NCBI RefSeq assembly: GCF_000497125.1
Contig: NC_090601.1
Span: forward strand, 1,240,001-1,304,000
DNA: 64,000 nt
Origin: Spironucleus salmonicida
Lineage: Eukaryota
Reading direction: 5' to 3'
Positions 40,352 to 53,620 of this stretch are shown here, piece after piece. A program made the position numbers and the translations under genes. Below the pieces are notes generated by a model. That model searched no databases, was not told where the DNA came from, and saw nothing but the letters and a program-made list of their open reading frames with translations. The first letter of the stretch is position 1. Every line of letters starts with the position of its first letter.

Positions 40352-41884
40352 ATGTTGAGTCTACTATCCGAATACACAATTCTTACATAATGTTATTCAG
40401 ACTAAACAAACTTAGAAATTAATGAAGTTAAAAGTTAGATACAAGTTTACTTGTTTCCTACCGGAAAAGATGATTGTAACGAGCTCCCTAGTGCAGTTAT
40501 TCTGTAAGTTACTTTTTAAAATCCAGCTCTTGACGTCTAAATAGTTAGCACAGTATTTTAATATAAAAATTCAATTAAATTTAACATACCGATACCAAAT
40601 ATTGCTTTATATTTCGATGTTAAAGCTTCTTAATTAAAATTAAAAAGTTATAATCAGGTACTTGTCTAATAGATATAGGAAATAACATTAACTAGAAGTA
40701 AAGATACAAATATACTCTATAATTTAGCCGTATCTTACGATTAAAAGATATTTACCACTACTGCTAATTTTCCTAAAACATTTACAACTATAAATGTGAT
40801 AAATGCCATGCTCATAATAACAAACTCAATTAAAACATATACTATTCCATATGACGGAAAGTCAACGGTAGATTCTGCAGCTAAAACTGTGGTATTGATG
40901 TTTGAAAACACAGATCTTTCTCCTATATTATATGACACTGGTGTACTAAATATTCGTCTAGAAAGTGAGTATGGATCTGCAGATGTATTTTCAAGTTGTT
41001 ATGCAAAAACAAATCTACTAGAATATAAAAACCAACCATCTCCAGGTAATATTTTAGAATTTACACCTTACAGTAATAGCCTCTATATCGAAATAAATCA
41101 ATCAGAATATTTTGTATAAGAATTAGCTAAATGTACTTCATTAAAAATAGTAATAACTGTGAATGATGGAGTATGTTAATTAATAGGTAGACTTCCTGCA
41201 GCTTCAATGCAGTTTAATATATAAGTAAATACAAAGTTTTAGGCAAATCTTGATCATAACGGATTTCCAGATCTGGAACCACCGGCACTTTCTTTTGTGG
41301 AATGCATGCATGTTTTAGAAAAAAATGGTTAAAAAGCCCATATTAGTGTGTCTTATTATGATGCTAAAAATATTGCTATTAATAGAGTGTATATGGATAC
41401 AAAAAGTATACAGTAATCCTGTTTTGAAAATGTACACATGAATCTAGAAGATAGCACAATAACAGTTACTGCAACGCGGATTTGTCCGGTTGTACTAAAG
41501 TAAAGAGCTTAGATGATACTGAAAACGTATAGTTCATAGCACACATATTTTTTAGAATAATCAGATGATCTATTAAATATTGAGTTTGATCTAGAAGGTG
41601 ATTTAAAAGTATAGTTTAATAGCATATCCAACGATATAGTAGAGAAAATAAAAGATTCTTATAGTTTTAGACTATTAATCTTAACTAAAAAGGGAGTTTT
41701 TATAGATGTGTTATAGCCAACGTTCTCCACGACTACATTTGAGGAAATAATTATTATTAATATAATCATATTAATATCTACCTTGTCAATTAGTGTGGTT
41801 ATAGGTGGCTTAAATATATTTTATAAAAGAAAGTCTAAATTATCTAAAAGAATCAAGAAAACCATTGAAATAGATGAGATATGA
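40352..41884 (+). CDS. Type I transmembrane protein with spaced CY/CF motifs, 510 aa
   Basis: MLSLLSEYTILTQCYSD..SSCYAK..QSCFEN; C-terminal TM IIIINIIILISTLSISVVIGGLNIFY followed by a basic tail. Confidence 0.75.
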
Positions 41885-42044
41885 ACTAAACTATTTATTC
41901 AATAAAATTAAGAATTTTTAAATGAAACTGCGTATAATTTAATAAGAAGCTCGTGCTTACAGTTGTAGGTTGGTAAAGATAAATGTTCATTCCACTCTAA
42001 TAAAATAAAATATATTATTATATTACCATACATATGTTGTATTA

Positions 42045-42323
42045 ATGGATCTATCTTCTAGTTAAATCGGGTCATAAAGCTTAGAACAGACTCGTTCTCC
42101 CTAAATATTGCCAAATAGAATTATTTTTGAAGATAATTAGCATTTCAACAAGGATACTTAGGTTAGAAGAAGTGCTCGTAGTTCACCAATGCCAAATAAA
42201 CACATCTATGATGCTGTAGAAAGACAAGAAAAAATAAAGGTAGAGCAGTTTAAAGCCAACGAAGATCATACCACAGAACTGTTAAATAAAAGCACGTATA
42301 TGTACGTTTATGATAATGAATGA
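42045..42323 (+). CDS. Hypothetical protein, 92 aa
   Basis: MDLSSSQIGSQSLEQTRSP...YVYDNE*. Confidence 0.55.
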
Positions 42324-42502
42324 CTTGCTTTCTGATATCTTCTTTAGTTTATCTTTATCTACTAGTATCACCTTATAACTATACTATAATCAACAATTTT
42401 AATTAGTGAGCAACTATTAACCGCGCAAAATTTTGATTTTAGTAAATATAGTTATTATTATATATAATTATTAGTTATGTTCCGCTCATTTATTGTGTAA
42501 AA

Positions 42503-43159
42503 ATGTCGCAGGTATATGTCTAAGACCTCTCCGAAAAGCTAGAAAATAATACGCCGCTAACATCGCGTGAACAAGCTTATTTAGAACAATCTTATGCTAA
42601 TGCATAATACTAAAATTACACAGTTCGCGACCGCGAGGTGCGCGCGAAAAGGATCGAGAACGAGCTCAACAACAAGCTTAAAAATACAAATCAGGCAGAA
42701 TACTAGGACCAGTAGCATATTTAGCTCTTAAAACTGCAAATTTAAAAGGAAGTTAAAATCTACAATCAGCTCAAGGAGGTTTACGAGAACGCGAAGACTG
42801 AGAAGCTAATTTTGATGGAAGAATTCGATAACTTAACCAAACCAAGGCCTCCATAGGCGACCCAGAACGATGTTAGCTACTTTCAGTAGTAAATCGCTAG
42901 TTTTGAGTCCCAGAATTACGATTTGAAGCAGAAAATCAGAGACACACACAAGAAAATCGACGAAATGGCTGTATTTTTGTAATAAAATAGTGAGAAGCAA
43001 CTAATTCAAGTTCTGGACCGAAAAATTAAGGAAGAAAAGCGGCTAAATGACAAGATCAGACTCGAGGTTTACGAGAAAAACAACGAGTTGTATCTTATGC
43101 GGGAGAAGGTGAAACAGGAGAAGAGGATGTGCAAGGCTGTTTCGTCGAAAGTGGAGTGA
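42503..43159 (+). CDS. Coiled-coil protein, 218 aa
   Basis: MSQVYVQDLSEKLENNTPLTSRE...SSKVE*; E/K/Q-rich; ends GAG-TGA. Confidence 0.75.
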
Positions 43160-43203
43160 ATTGAAAATTAGTAAAATCAGGCGACAAATCCTAAATACTT
43201 CAC

Positions 43204-43623
43204 TCAAAATTTCTTGTACTTTATCAATGGAATCAAACCTGTAACCAAATTTTAGTTATGTTTAAGTGCTTTGTGCTTCACTTTTATCTGCTTTACCAGA
43301 TTGAATTTAGTTAATTTATTAGAAATATTGTTTACTTCATCTAGCTCTGTTTCTGTGAGAAACTTTCGCTCACTACTTTTCTTCGGATAACCATGAGCGG
43401 TTAACATCATAGAATATGGAGAGCTCGTGGTAGTCGCCGTCTTCTTCTTTTTCTGTACGCTATCTGCCATCAGTATCTTTGGAAACGATGAAAACAACTA
43501 CGAGCTCTTCATCGGCTTGCTATTCTGCAAGTAAGCGATGTCTATATATCTTCGTTCTAAATTAAACGCATTATCAATCACTTCTGACTATTTCAGAGTC
43601 ATGCCATGCTTAAATTAATTCAT
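43204..43623 (-). CDS. Hypothetical basic protein, 139 aa
   Basis: MNQFKHGMTLKQSEVIDNAF...LIPLIKYKKF*; includes ORF-track 43252-43497 in frame. Confidence 0.65.
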
Positions 43624-43731
43624 TATTTCAACTTACACGATATTTTATACTTATTTTATCCCTAATCAGATTTTATAGTTTGCTAGGGTTTAGTTTCGAA
43701 ATATTCCCCACTCCATTTATCGAACTTTTAC

Positions 43732-43833
<102 letters not shown>

Positions 43834-43873
43834 GCGTTAATATATAAATTATACTTCAAATTGCAAAAAAAAA

Positions 43874-46800
43874 ATGTTCACATCTCCGATTCCGACCTAC
43901 GACACGGAGCTAGCGCTACTGTCGCAGACGCTAGCAACACAGTATACACAGAACCTCACTGCATAACTTGAGCGACTCAAAACACAAATTGACGGCCGGC
44001 TCCTCTACGTGCTCTTCGAGGAGCAGCTGTGCTGCGACCCGGCGACGGATCACGAGGTGCCGAAATCGGTGCTGCCAATTTTCGAACCCTTCTTCGGCGC
44101 CGCTGCGCAGGACATCAAAGGAGACGTTTTCGCTTAAATCGCAAGGGACATCGGTACCTTCGCGGCCAAAGTCGTGCGGGAGCAGACTGCCCGGGCTGAC
44201 GCGCTGGAGCTTGAAAAGTTCTAGATCGGCGCAGAGCTCGAGACGCTGCGGGGTGTCAACGGGTTGCACGAGCGCAGCCTCGCGCGGCTGGAGAGCCAGC
44301 TCACGCGACTAGCGCAGGTCATCTCCACGACATCGCAGTTCCTACGGGAGCAGAAACACCAGCAGCAGTCGATTGGCGACATGTACCAGGGAGATAACCA
44401 GGACAAATCACAGAAAACACAACAGGAACACGAAAAAATCCCCTCAAACACCCTCTCGCGGCAATACCAGGAGCTGCAGCAGCGCTATATACAGTCCATG
44501 AACCAGCTGGAAACCGCCAGGTCGCAGGCCAACATGGTCAACTCGCAGGTGCAGATTATGAGCGAATACAAGAACAAAAACGACGAGTTGGACTTATAAT
44601 TGCAATAGGAGCGAAAAGTCAATTTTGATTTGCATTCATAATTAAGCGAAAAAGATACTATAATCGAAAAATAGTCAGACTAGTACCTTCAGCTGGTGGC
44701 TGAATTCAACGAATTGCACACCAAAAATGACGATTTAAGCGCTGCGGCGCAGGCAGCAGTGAATCCGGACCAGCTTCGCACGGATTTAGAGGCCGATTTA
44801 CGCGAGAAATTTGCGGCCCAATTCAGCGCTTTAAACGCGCAAATTTAAGCCTTGTAGACCGAAAAATCTGCTTCGGCGCAGAATCTTGAGGACCTGAAAG
44901 GCCAATGTGCAGTTTCTGACGAAAATTTCTTGTCGAAATAAGACGAATTGGAGCGATTTAAAGCTAAATATTTAGAATCCGCCGAAAGTCTCAAAACGCT
45001 CCAAATTTCGCTCCAAACCGAGAAAAAGCAGAAGGAAAATCTCGAAAATCAGCTCCAAGAGTTTCAAGTTTCTGTCGTAAACTTGAACGTATAGAGCAAT
45101 TTTGCGAATTAGCACCAGCTGAAGGAGCTTTAAAACTAGTTAAACGAGCAATCGGACCGGAATTCGGTGTTTTCAGAGCAAATTGTGGACAAGGACAAGG
45201 AGATCAAGCGGCTGAAGGCGCAGCTGGCCAAGAACATGGCCAAAATCACAGATGAACGGAGCCAGTCTTGGCAGCAATTGGACCGTTCTAGGCCAGGTTC
45301 TGGCATGTTTTAGCAAATTTAAGGTGGGTTCGATAAGGAGGTGCAGGTGAGCGCGGAATTCTATCTTTTGAGCAAGGTGAATTAGTCGTCGCCTAACTTC
45401 CACAGGGGAATATACTCTGTGTACGACGAATCCAGCAAAATGCAGTCATTTGACCGCCTCTCGACTGTCACCAGCATGTCGCAGAATACTAACAGAGCGA
45501 GCTCGTAGGCTAATTTAAAAATTGGGAAAAATTCGTCTAAAAATCTAGTAAAATAGTCCACTCGGCCGCAGGTTGACTTAGTGAATCTGATTGGAGAAGA
45601 TAGCAGCAATATTTAGGGGATTTTAGAAGATGATTTTAACGAAATAAATTAGAATAACTCGAGATCACTTTCACCTTCTGTTAACTAGCTGCTAAAAGCA
45701 CCTAAAGGTAGTGTCTAAAAGGCTAAAAATTTAAATGAGGTCATAAAGAAAGTTTAGGAGCGATATGGGACCAATTCTCCTTAGTAGTAAAGAGTTGTCT
45801 TGTCTCCTGAAAGATAGAATTCTGAAAAAGAATTTAAAAACAAAATTACGTAGTTATAAAATTCTCTGGATATCAAATGTCTGGAAAATGATTAGTTGTA
45901 GTAATAGAATTAAGAGTTAAAAGAGAATATGAAATAATTAGAAGCAAAAATTGCTGAACTAGAAGAACACATAAGAAAGTTTGCAGAAAACTATATTCCA
46001 ATTGAACATGTTATTAAAGATGAACGTGTAGCAAGTTATGTAAATGATACATCTAATGTAGATGCAGATCATAAATACAATGTTAACTATTACGAACGAC
46101 AGCTAGATGCCCTTAAAGTTGCTTAATAAACCGTCTTTAATTTATAAAATAATCTCAACTCACCTCCACATATTAAAAAAGATTTATAGGACAGAGTTTC
46201 GAAAATTAAGCAAAATTTGCACTCTCTAGAAAACTAAATTAAAAGTAACACAGATTTATCAGTTATTGATGATGTTAATGGTGAAGCACCTGATTAGACT
46301 ATGACTGAGATGATGCAACTTAATAAACAGAAAAATGCTTTATCTCTCACAAAGAATGCTATTACGAATTCTGTGATAAAAGCTACAACGAAAAATTCAC
46401 TCTTAGATTAGAAAAAGACAGATAAATCAAACTAGGAAGACCTGCACACCATTGTAACAACACACGAAAAACTGTATTCGATGGCAAGTCTAATTAGGAC
46501 TAAAATTGAGGCTATGAAAGCAGCACATAGAAATTCACGAGAAAAGATATATAATAGATATTTAGAGTCAATGCGTCTGCTAAGCAAAGAATAAATGGAA
46601 AAACTAGAGGCAGAAAGGTTGGAGCTTAAAAATTCCAACAATTCTTAAGCTACAAACTAATTATCCATCGCAGGCTTAAACTCATCTGTTAGTAATACAA
46701 ATTACTATGAGTCTGGAAATATTAATCTATCAATTGTGGATTTACAACCAGGTGGCGTTGATAATTTGGTTTTTACATACAGACCTGAAAAAATTGAAAA

Positions 46801-47014
46801 TACTCTAATTTATACAAGAAATGAGGAAATTGAAGAAAAGAATTTACCTAGTTTAAGAGTTACTAGGAACTGTAGTGGTGAACGAAAAGTTCTTACTAGG
46901 GTGTGTTTATTTGATAGTTAAACTGAGCGAAAATCGACAATAAGACATAGTGGATTTGACTACTTAGAGCCAGTAGGAGCGACAATAAATAAGTTAAGGG
47001 GAAAGTCTAAGTGA
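43874..47014 (+). CDS. Large coiled-coil protein, 1046 aa
   Basis: MFTSPIPTYDTELALLSQ...KLRGKSK*; ORF-track 44264-44599 and 46736-46921 are in the same frame. Confidence 0.85.
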
Positions 47015-47026
47015 GAATTATGTAAA

Positions 47027-47674
47027 TCATTTTGGTAATTACATTTACTCGCCTTGAAGTTTAGCCTTTATCCAGTAGTAGAAAAATTCGCTGAACATTG
47101 CTACCTAAATAATACCAGTAGTCCAAACGACAAAACCAACATTGACACCTTTAATTGCTCTATAAATCCAATTAAGGATATAAAATGCTCTATAAAGACC
47201 TAATACTACAACATAGCTTTAGCTAAAACTTTAAATAGAACTACTTTTTTGTAACATTAAAAACTGAGGTAAAAGCGTCATACTTTCGATAATAAGAGAG
47301 AAGGTCCAAAATATTTCGAAAACTCTATACTTCTTGGTGAATATTAATGAAAATAAAACGCTTGGTACAACAATTGTCCAAAGAGGAAGTTTATCTAACT
47401 ATTATTCGTAAGTATCAGCATGTTTAAAAGCAATCAAGTAGATGGTATAAAATGTAGTAGCTAAGTAATAAATTTTTAGAATTGTATTATATAAAGATCC
47501 AAAATTCCATAATAAATCAAAATAGCGAGAGGAAAAAACGATACCATACAATAATTGAGTTTTGAGAGATATACCTGTACATGAGCCACTTGACCTTATT
47601 TTTTCTATTAGTATACCATGTGATGCTGCATGTAGAAGATCACCCGTAAAACGGAAAATATTATTTGCTGACAT
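47027..47674 (-). CDS. ERD2: ER lumen protein-retaining (KDEL/HDEL) receptor, 215 aa
   Basis: NIFRFTGDLLHAAS, SCTGISLKTQLLY..VF..RYFDL, EIFWTFS..ES..LPQ, LGLYRAFYILNWIYR, FFYYW..LP. Confidence 0.95.
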
Positions 47675-47833
47675 TTTTAGCGGATGTGAAGTTTCTAACA
47701 TAAAACTATATTTTATTAAATATACATGAAATTTTTAATATTAAAATATATTAAATATATAATATTAATATAAGTAATTTACTTAATTGTGAATATTGTA
47801 CCGTTATAAATAATTTATTTTTCCTTCCAATTT

Positions 47834-48085
47834 ATGACAGATAAGACAGATTTTGCTATAAGAACTAATATTGACACAATGCATTTTATGCGTGATTCAT
47901 TGTCATAGGAACTGGAAATACGCATGAATGCATATTTTGCTTTAAAACGTCACTATAGAGATTTAAAGAACGAGGAAGCTTTATTATCGTACCACTCCAA
48001 AAATAATCTTTGGCCTATTTTTACATTCATATGTGCCCTTATTCTCGCTTGTATTGTTGTGATATATAAAATAACTTCATCGTGA
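47834..48085 (+). CDS. Small tail-anchored protein, 83 aa
   Basis: MTDKTDFAIRTNIDTMHFMRDSLSQELE..NLWPIFTFICALILACIVVIYKITSS*; C-rich motif just upstream. Confidence 0.6.
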
Positions 48086-48108
48086 TTTCAGTTTCCTTTC
48101 ACTTTTCC

Positions 48109-48215
48109 ATTCCTTTGCTTCTCAGCCGGAGCGGTGGAAAGATGAAGCTAACGCTGATTCCTTTTGTAGCTGAGTCTATAAATCACCTTTTTACGAATTC
48201 CGAAATTTTTAGTAC
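48109..48215 (+). ncRNA. Candidate structured ncRNA (k-turn hairpin plus Sm-like site; U4-like)
   Basis: Nested pairings CTCAGC/GCTGAG, CGGAG/TTTTG, GGAA/TTCC, tandem GA/GA, AGC/GCT; AATTTTTAG at 48204-48212. Boundaries and identity uncertain. Confidence 0.4.
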
Positions 48216-48229
48216 TCAAATATCTATAT

Positions 48230-49801
48230 TCACTACAGTTCCTATAACCATTCTTAGATTTATTCAATACATTAACTATTTCTCACCCCATCTTTGTGCA
48301 TTGTATTTTAACTTATATAATACTACGTATTTGGAACGTCATCAGCTGATTAGCTTGTGGCTGTGACTGAGCCATCGCCGTCTCCATATATTGGAATAGG
48401 TATTCTATTCATAATTTCCTAGTAGTCATAGATCGGTTGTGAATAGTAACAAGAAACAGGAGTAGGTATTCCTGTACAAATTATTGATTTATGTATATAA
48501 TCTAATGGATAGCTTATTTCTTTCTTTCGTGCGAAGTAATGGGCATCATACAATTCTTTATTTATACCGAATACAAGACTTTCAATAGTTTTTTCAGGGG
48601 TTAAATTGTCGTATAAATCTAGTAAAGAATACTGTTTTGCAATCCAAGGCACATTGTTAGATTTATTTATATAGCAATCATTCATAAATTTATTATATGT
48701 GGATGTTATAATATTTAGGTTTGGGGTAATTTGGTTTCGAAATTCTGGATATTTATATTTTTCGGATGGCCCCCACATGATGAATTGCTCCCATTCCCAT
48801 AACTCATCTTTTATAAACACTAGATTATCATGAATTATAGGCTTAAAAAATTCAGAGTCAGTTACATGTAAACTATGGTGATAACTTAAATGTCTGCATG
48901 GTAGAATGTATGGTATTTTTATTCTTGTAGGAAATCTACTTTTGAATCTAGATATCCAATATTAGATATCATACTAAACTGATTCAGGATGTTTTTTAAT
49001 GTATTACAAAATTTGTAATAATGCTGAATTAGGGTCATTGTTAACTATTTAAACTTTTAACCATAGACCAATGTTCTCAGTCTATTTATATTTTGGTTAC
49101 TTATATTTAATTTTTTTAATGTACACACATTAAGTAATTTTAGAATTATCTGGGGAAGGAAGTAATGCAGCTGTCATTCCAGATTAAGCCCAGATCATTC
49201 TAGTAGCATCCTCTAGAAATTTATTATTAAAATCATATCCAGCTGTTGGTACAAGTAGCCCCAAACCATTTATACCATCAAAAGGAACACAAACTGATAT
49301 TACTTTTTAAAATTATTTGTACCAATTTGGCCGTAAATGTTAATAATACTTTACTACTAACCCACCCATTGAATGTGCTAAGATAATCGGACTCTTTGGG
49401 ATATCTTACAGGTATTGATCGAATCTATCTAGTTATTATTCTGATAATAATGTTTATCTAAAATCATAAGTGTAAATAAACAATGACTTACCTTCAACGT
49501 AACCCATTTTTAATAGCTTTTTTATTAAGATATCAAAATAGTCTAGTTACGTAACGCCAAGCCATTTAGCTAATTTAGAATGCATTAATCTATCAATTGC
49601 TTTAATACCAACTTCTGGGACAATATGTGCTCCAGTCCAAGAGTTAAATTTAAACTCCTTATCTATATAACCACCTAGGTAATTAATTAATAGTTTCTTC
49701 CATTTCATAATCTAATATGTCCTGTCAACTGCCCAAACAGCTTAATGTTCGTTTCTTAGAATGTTCCCAAAAATTCCAGGAATGATAATTAATGGTTTCA
49801 T
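48230..49801 (-). CDS. LCAT/phospholipase A-family alpha/beta hydrolase, 523 aa
   Basis: PLIIIPGIFGNIL, GYVEGKSLFIYTYDFR, ILAHSMGGL, VPFDG, GDGDGSV. Confidence 0.92.
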
Positions 49802-49882
49802 TTTAAATTATAATTGTACTAACCTTCCTAGTTTTTTCAAACATATAAATTATATATAATTAAATATTTTTATGTTTTATTA

Positions 49883-50242
49883 ATGGGTAACTCAACTTCG
49901 CAGCTTGAACCAGAGCAAAAGTTACAAATAGTTCAAAATTCTAAACCAGATCTCCAGTTTGAAGAAGAATCAGATAAAATATATCCATTAGTTTATCAAT
50001 CGCAATAATTAGCTTAAGAAATTAAATCATCTACTTTAGACTAATCGATATCATATGCAAAAAATACTTCAATTTATGAATCTTTGATCCAGAAACCAGC
50101 GTAATTAAATAATCCGTTTGCGTATGATTTTGTTTCAGTTTTTGATTAACAATCAGCTATTGGGTCTAATAGCCGATTGGAATAGCAAGGCAACCAACTT
50201 AATATTAATTTTTCAAATTAGACTATAGATGAGTCGTACTGA
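49883..50242 (+). CDS. Hypothetical, probably N-myristoylated protein, 119 aa
   Basis: MGNSTS start (Gly2, Ser6); code-6 ORF ending IDESY*. Confidence 0.65.
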
Positions 50243-50250
50243 TTTATATA

Positions 50251-51237
50251 TCAATCACTCATTTCAAATACTTCACCAAATTTCAATGCATCTAATGCAG
50301 GGGTTTCGAACATACTAGGCCGAGATCCTCTTAAATCAGGAGAGTTAAAGACAACAATATTGTCTAACATATCAGAAGGGCGTAATATAGCAGACCGTAG
50401 AGCTGCCTAAGGAGAGATTGTATTTAATTAATTGTCTATGTAATGGAGATCTAAAGGACCTTAAATACTTTTAAATTAATAAATAACCTTCTCTTAGAGT
50501 CTAGGATGCTCCGTATTAGATTATAAATTACACTGTTTAGTTTCTAACTTATCTAAAATACAGTGTCCTGATACTATAAATAAGTTTGGTAATGCAGAAT
50601 TGGCATTTGTTTTGTTGAAGTAAATTTCGCAACCTCTGCATAATTCTTCATAATCTAAATATTAATCTCCTTTCATAAGTATTTACTTTTTCTCATCTAG
50701 TTCATTAAGAAGTAATTATTTTCGCTTCGCAAGGAATTTAAGTTTTTCTTTTTGGTCATTTTCAGCTGATATATGCTTTCGTTATCTTTTAGGTAACGGT
50801 GGAGCGGGTAATAAATCTGTGCTTTGAGGAATATTAAGATCTGTTTTTCTTCCAAATTTCTTTAAAAACTCTGCATTATTGCCGATAAAATTAGAGTTTC
50901 TAGTATGTTATGGTACAAAATTGAATGCACCAACTCGACAGCCAATCCAAATTATATTTATTTTTGTAGACTAAATAAGCCCCATAGCTTCTAATGGCCC
51001 AGTAACATCATATAACCTACGTTTGTTAGTAATTTTTAAAATATCTTCCTTTCCTATACATACTTCACCATCTTTTGTGCGAGCTGAAGACTATGCAATC
51101 TCAATTATTATTCTTCTAGCTAAATCAACTGATCTTGTTTTAGAATCAGCTAACATGCACTATGCATTAATTGGAGGTTATGGTAGTATATGCTCATTAT
51201 GATCATTAGTTTATGGTAAAGGTGTATTTCCAAACAT
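50251..51237 (-). CDS. E2F: E2F transcription factor (single DBD), 328 aa
   Basis: NKRRLYDVTGPLEAMGLIQSTKINIIWIG, then a coiled coil and YLDYEEL (marked-box-like); acidic C-terminus. Confidence 0.82.
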
Positions 51238-51433
51238 TAAGATTTTGAAGTGGAATTATAATATTTTGTATATTAAGGTATTATAATATACTAATACTAA
51301 TTTTATATGCTAATTTATAATATAATATTTATTAATTTATTACTTAACTCTATTTAATTCTTTAATATTATTCATATTGAATAATAGATAATACATGTAT
51401 TGACTTTAAAACTCATGTAAAATAAACATATAA

Positions 51434-51733
51434 ATGGCAGATCTTCTAGTTATTGAGTCAACTGGCAGAAATAGCAGATTCTAGACTTAGTTTACGTTTT
51501 AAATATAGACTTAAACTAAAAATTACAACATAACCAAATCTTAGTCAGAACTTTCATAGCTTTATAAATATTTACACAAAAAACATGGAGTTACTTCACC
51601 AATTAGGAACCGTTTTCTTTGGTTCTTAACTACGTAAAATTGGTAATATTTATATGAAAAATTCCTTCAAACCTCTTTCTCGCGCCCTGAAATTCTTGTT
51701 GATAGTAAAGTTAAAATATTTTTGTTAGAGTGA
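51434..51733 (+). CDS. Small PX-domain-like protein, 99 aa
   Basis: FTFQIQT..YNITKSQSELSQLYKYLHKKH..P..EKFLQ..RPEILVDSKVKIFL resembles the PX fold pattern; RRY motif not conserved. Confidence 0.5.
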
Positions 51734-51743
51734 TTTAGTAAAT

Positions 51744-53504
51744 TCATTATAAGTCAGAACTGGTCATACTAATAATACTAACATCCATAATTTCGTATTT
51801 ACTCTTTATTTCACTACTTAAGCAAGTAGTTTCTCCTACCTCCTCACTGCTTTGAATTTAACTTTCAATCCCAGCAAGAGCATGCACTAATGATCCTTTA
51901 TCCTTTAAAACAAATGTTAAACTACGATTTTTAAGACGATTAACTGCATTCATAATATCCTACATTACTTCATCATCTTCAAAACTATCTTCATGTTATA
52001 TCTGAAATTTATATCCAATTCGTCCCATTTCCCATTTAAAAACATCCAAAAATGATGCTACAAAAAAGCAACAAATCATGAAAAATATAGAGATACCACC
52101 ACATATAGCACAAACTAAGTCTAAATCGTATCCTGTATATCTCTATACTGTTGTAAATAAAGCTGTTCCGAGTGACCACGCTAATTTCGATGCTAATGCA
52201 ACTAGAGAACCTGTAATAAAAGCATATTTTCTATCCATACTATAAGTATTATAGATTTATATACAAAGCTACATTTGAACAAATGATATATTTGATAGTG
52301 CATAAAAACACTCTATTGAATAAATATTATTGAATTTAAGCAAAAATACAATTCCTATAGTGAAAATAACTATATGTATTATACTGAAGATCTACATAAC
52401 AAGTCTGTTAGTTAATTTAATTATTATAAACGGAAACATAAAATACAGAAGTGCAGTTGTAATCTCTACAATACTTTGTAAAATACCACTAACCTAGGAT
52501 GAAAATCCAAAATCCAAACGCCAAATTAATGGTTAAAACCAGCTAACTGATTATTATGCCATAACCAATAAGAAAATGCAACTTAAAAATCTGACTGCAT
52601 TTGGACTAAATATTTCAGCAGGATAAATATGATGATTCAAAGCGTATTACACATCATAAACAAAAAATCCAACTAGGAGGATCAATCCTGAAACAAAAAA
52701 TACTATTTATAACCATAAACTACCAATTCCAATAGCTATAAATGCAGCACCAACAATAGTAAATAAAATACCAAAACTAGCTAAAAAGAAGCTAATTAAA
52801 TTAATTTTTGCCCCTTTATTAATTTTAAATCTTGGCATAAAAAAACCCATTAATATTGAGTGTGCAATACCTAAAGCTCCACTAATCCCAAATAAAAACA
52901 TAGGATGTTCTGAAGCTAAAAAACCACCACCAATCATAGCAATGATACTAGCAAATTACTAAATAATATCATGAGCTGCCATACCTCTCTCTAACTTACC
53001 TTCTTTAACCATAAAATTAAGCATAGGTGTAGTAGCTGTTTACATAATTGAGCAACCAAACGATGCAAATATTCTGAAAAATATAAGCAAATATAAGCTT
53101 GTGGAAAAAAATATCAGCATTGAAGATACTCCAATTAAAAATGAGCCTAAAATATAACATCCTGGTATTGAAAGTCTTGCATGTAATTTATTTGAAAGAA
53201 ATCCTACAATACAGAATACAATATTTTCAGAATGTTAAATTATTTAAATAGTTACAATTTCTACTTTAAAATAAGCTGCAAATGTTGAAGTAAATGAATA
53301 TATTGAAGTATTTGTTAACTAGTATAAAAACTAAGGAAAAGATGCCAGTAATGCTGCTAAAAGCACAGGTGTTCCTTTACTCTTTACTGGGGTATAATTC
53401 CATGGATTAAATATAGGATGTATATATTCTTTTGATTATTGCATTCTTTCAAAATAAGAAAGCGTTCTCTTTCTACGTCGCTCTCGATAAGAAATTCTTA
53501 CCAT
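51744..53504 (-). CDS. Major facilitator superfamily transporter, 586 aa
   Basis: Many TM segments; GFLSNKL, LLIFFRIFASFG; includes ORF-track 52707-52937 in frame. Confidence 0.85.
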
Positions 53505-53620
53505 TTACGAAATACTAAAATTATATATTATTATTAAATATCTTGATAAACTATTTTAAGGTTAGTTTATTTAATATTATTATATATTTATTCTGAGTTA
53601 GCGGAATTTTTAACTTCAAA

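Noticed and set aside
41171-41190. GTATGT donor-like sites suggesting spliceosomal introns
   Set aside because: No fused ACTAAC..AG branch/acceptor follows, and the CDS is continuous.
43659-43688. CCCTA..TAGGG hairpin or telomere-like units
   Set aside because: Single copies only; compatible with chance.
48183-48196. ACCTTTTTAC resembling U5 loop I (GCCUUUUAC)
   Set aside because: Mismatch plus an extra U, and no strong closing stem.
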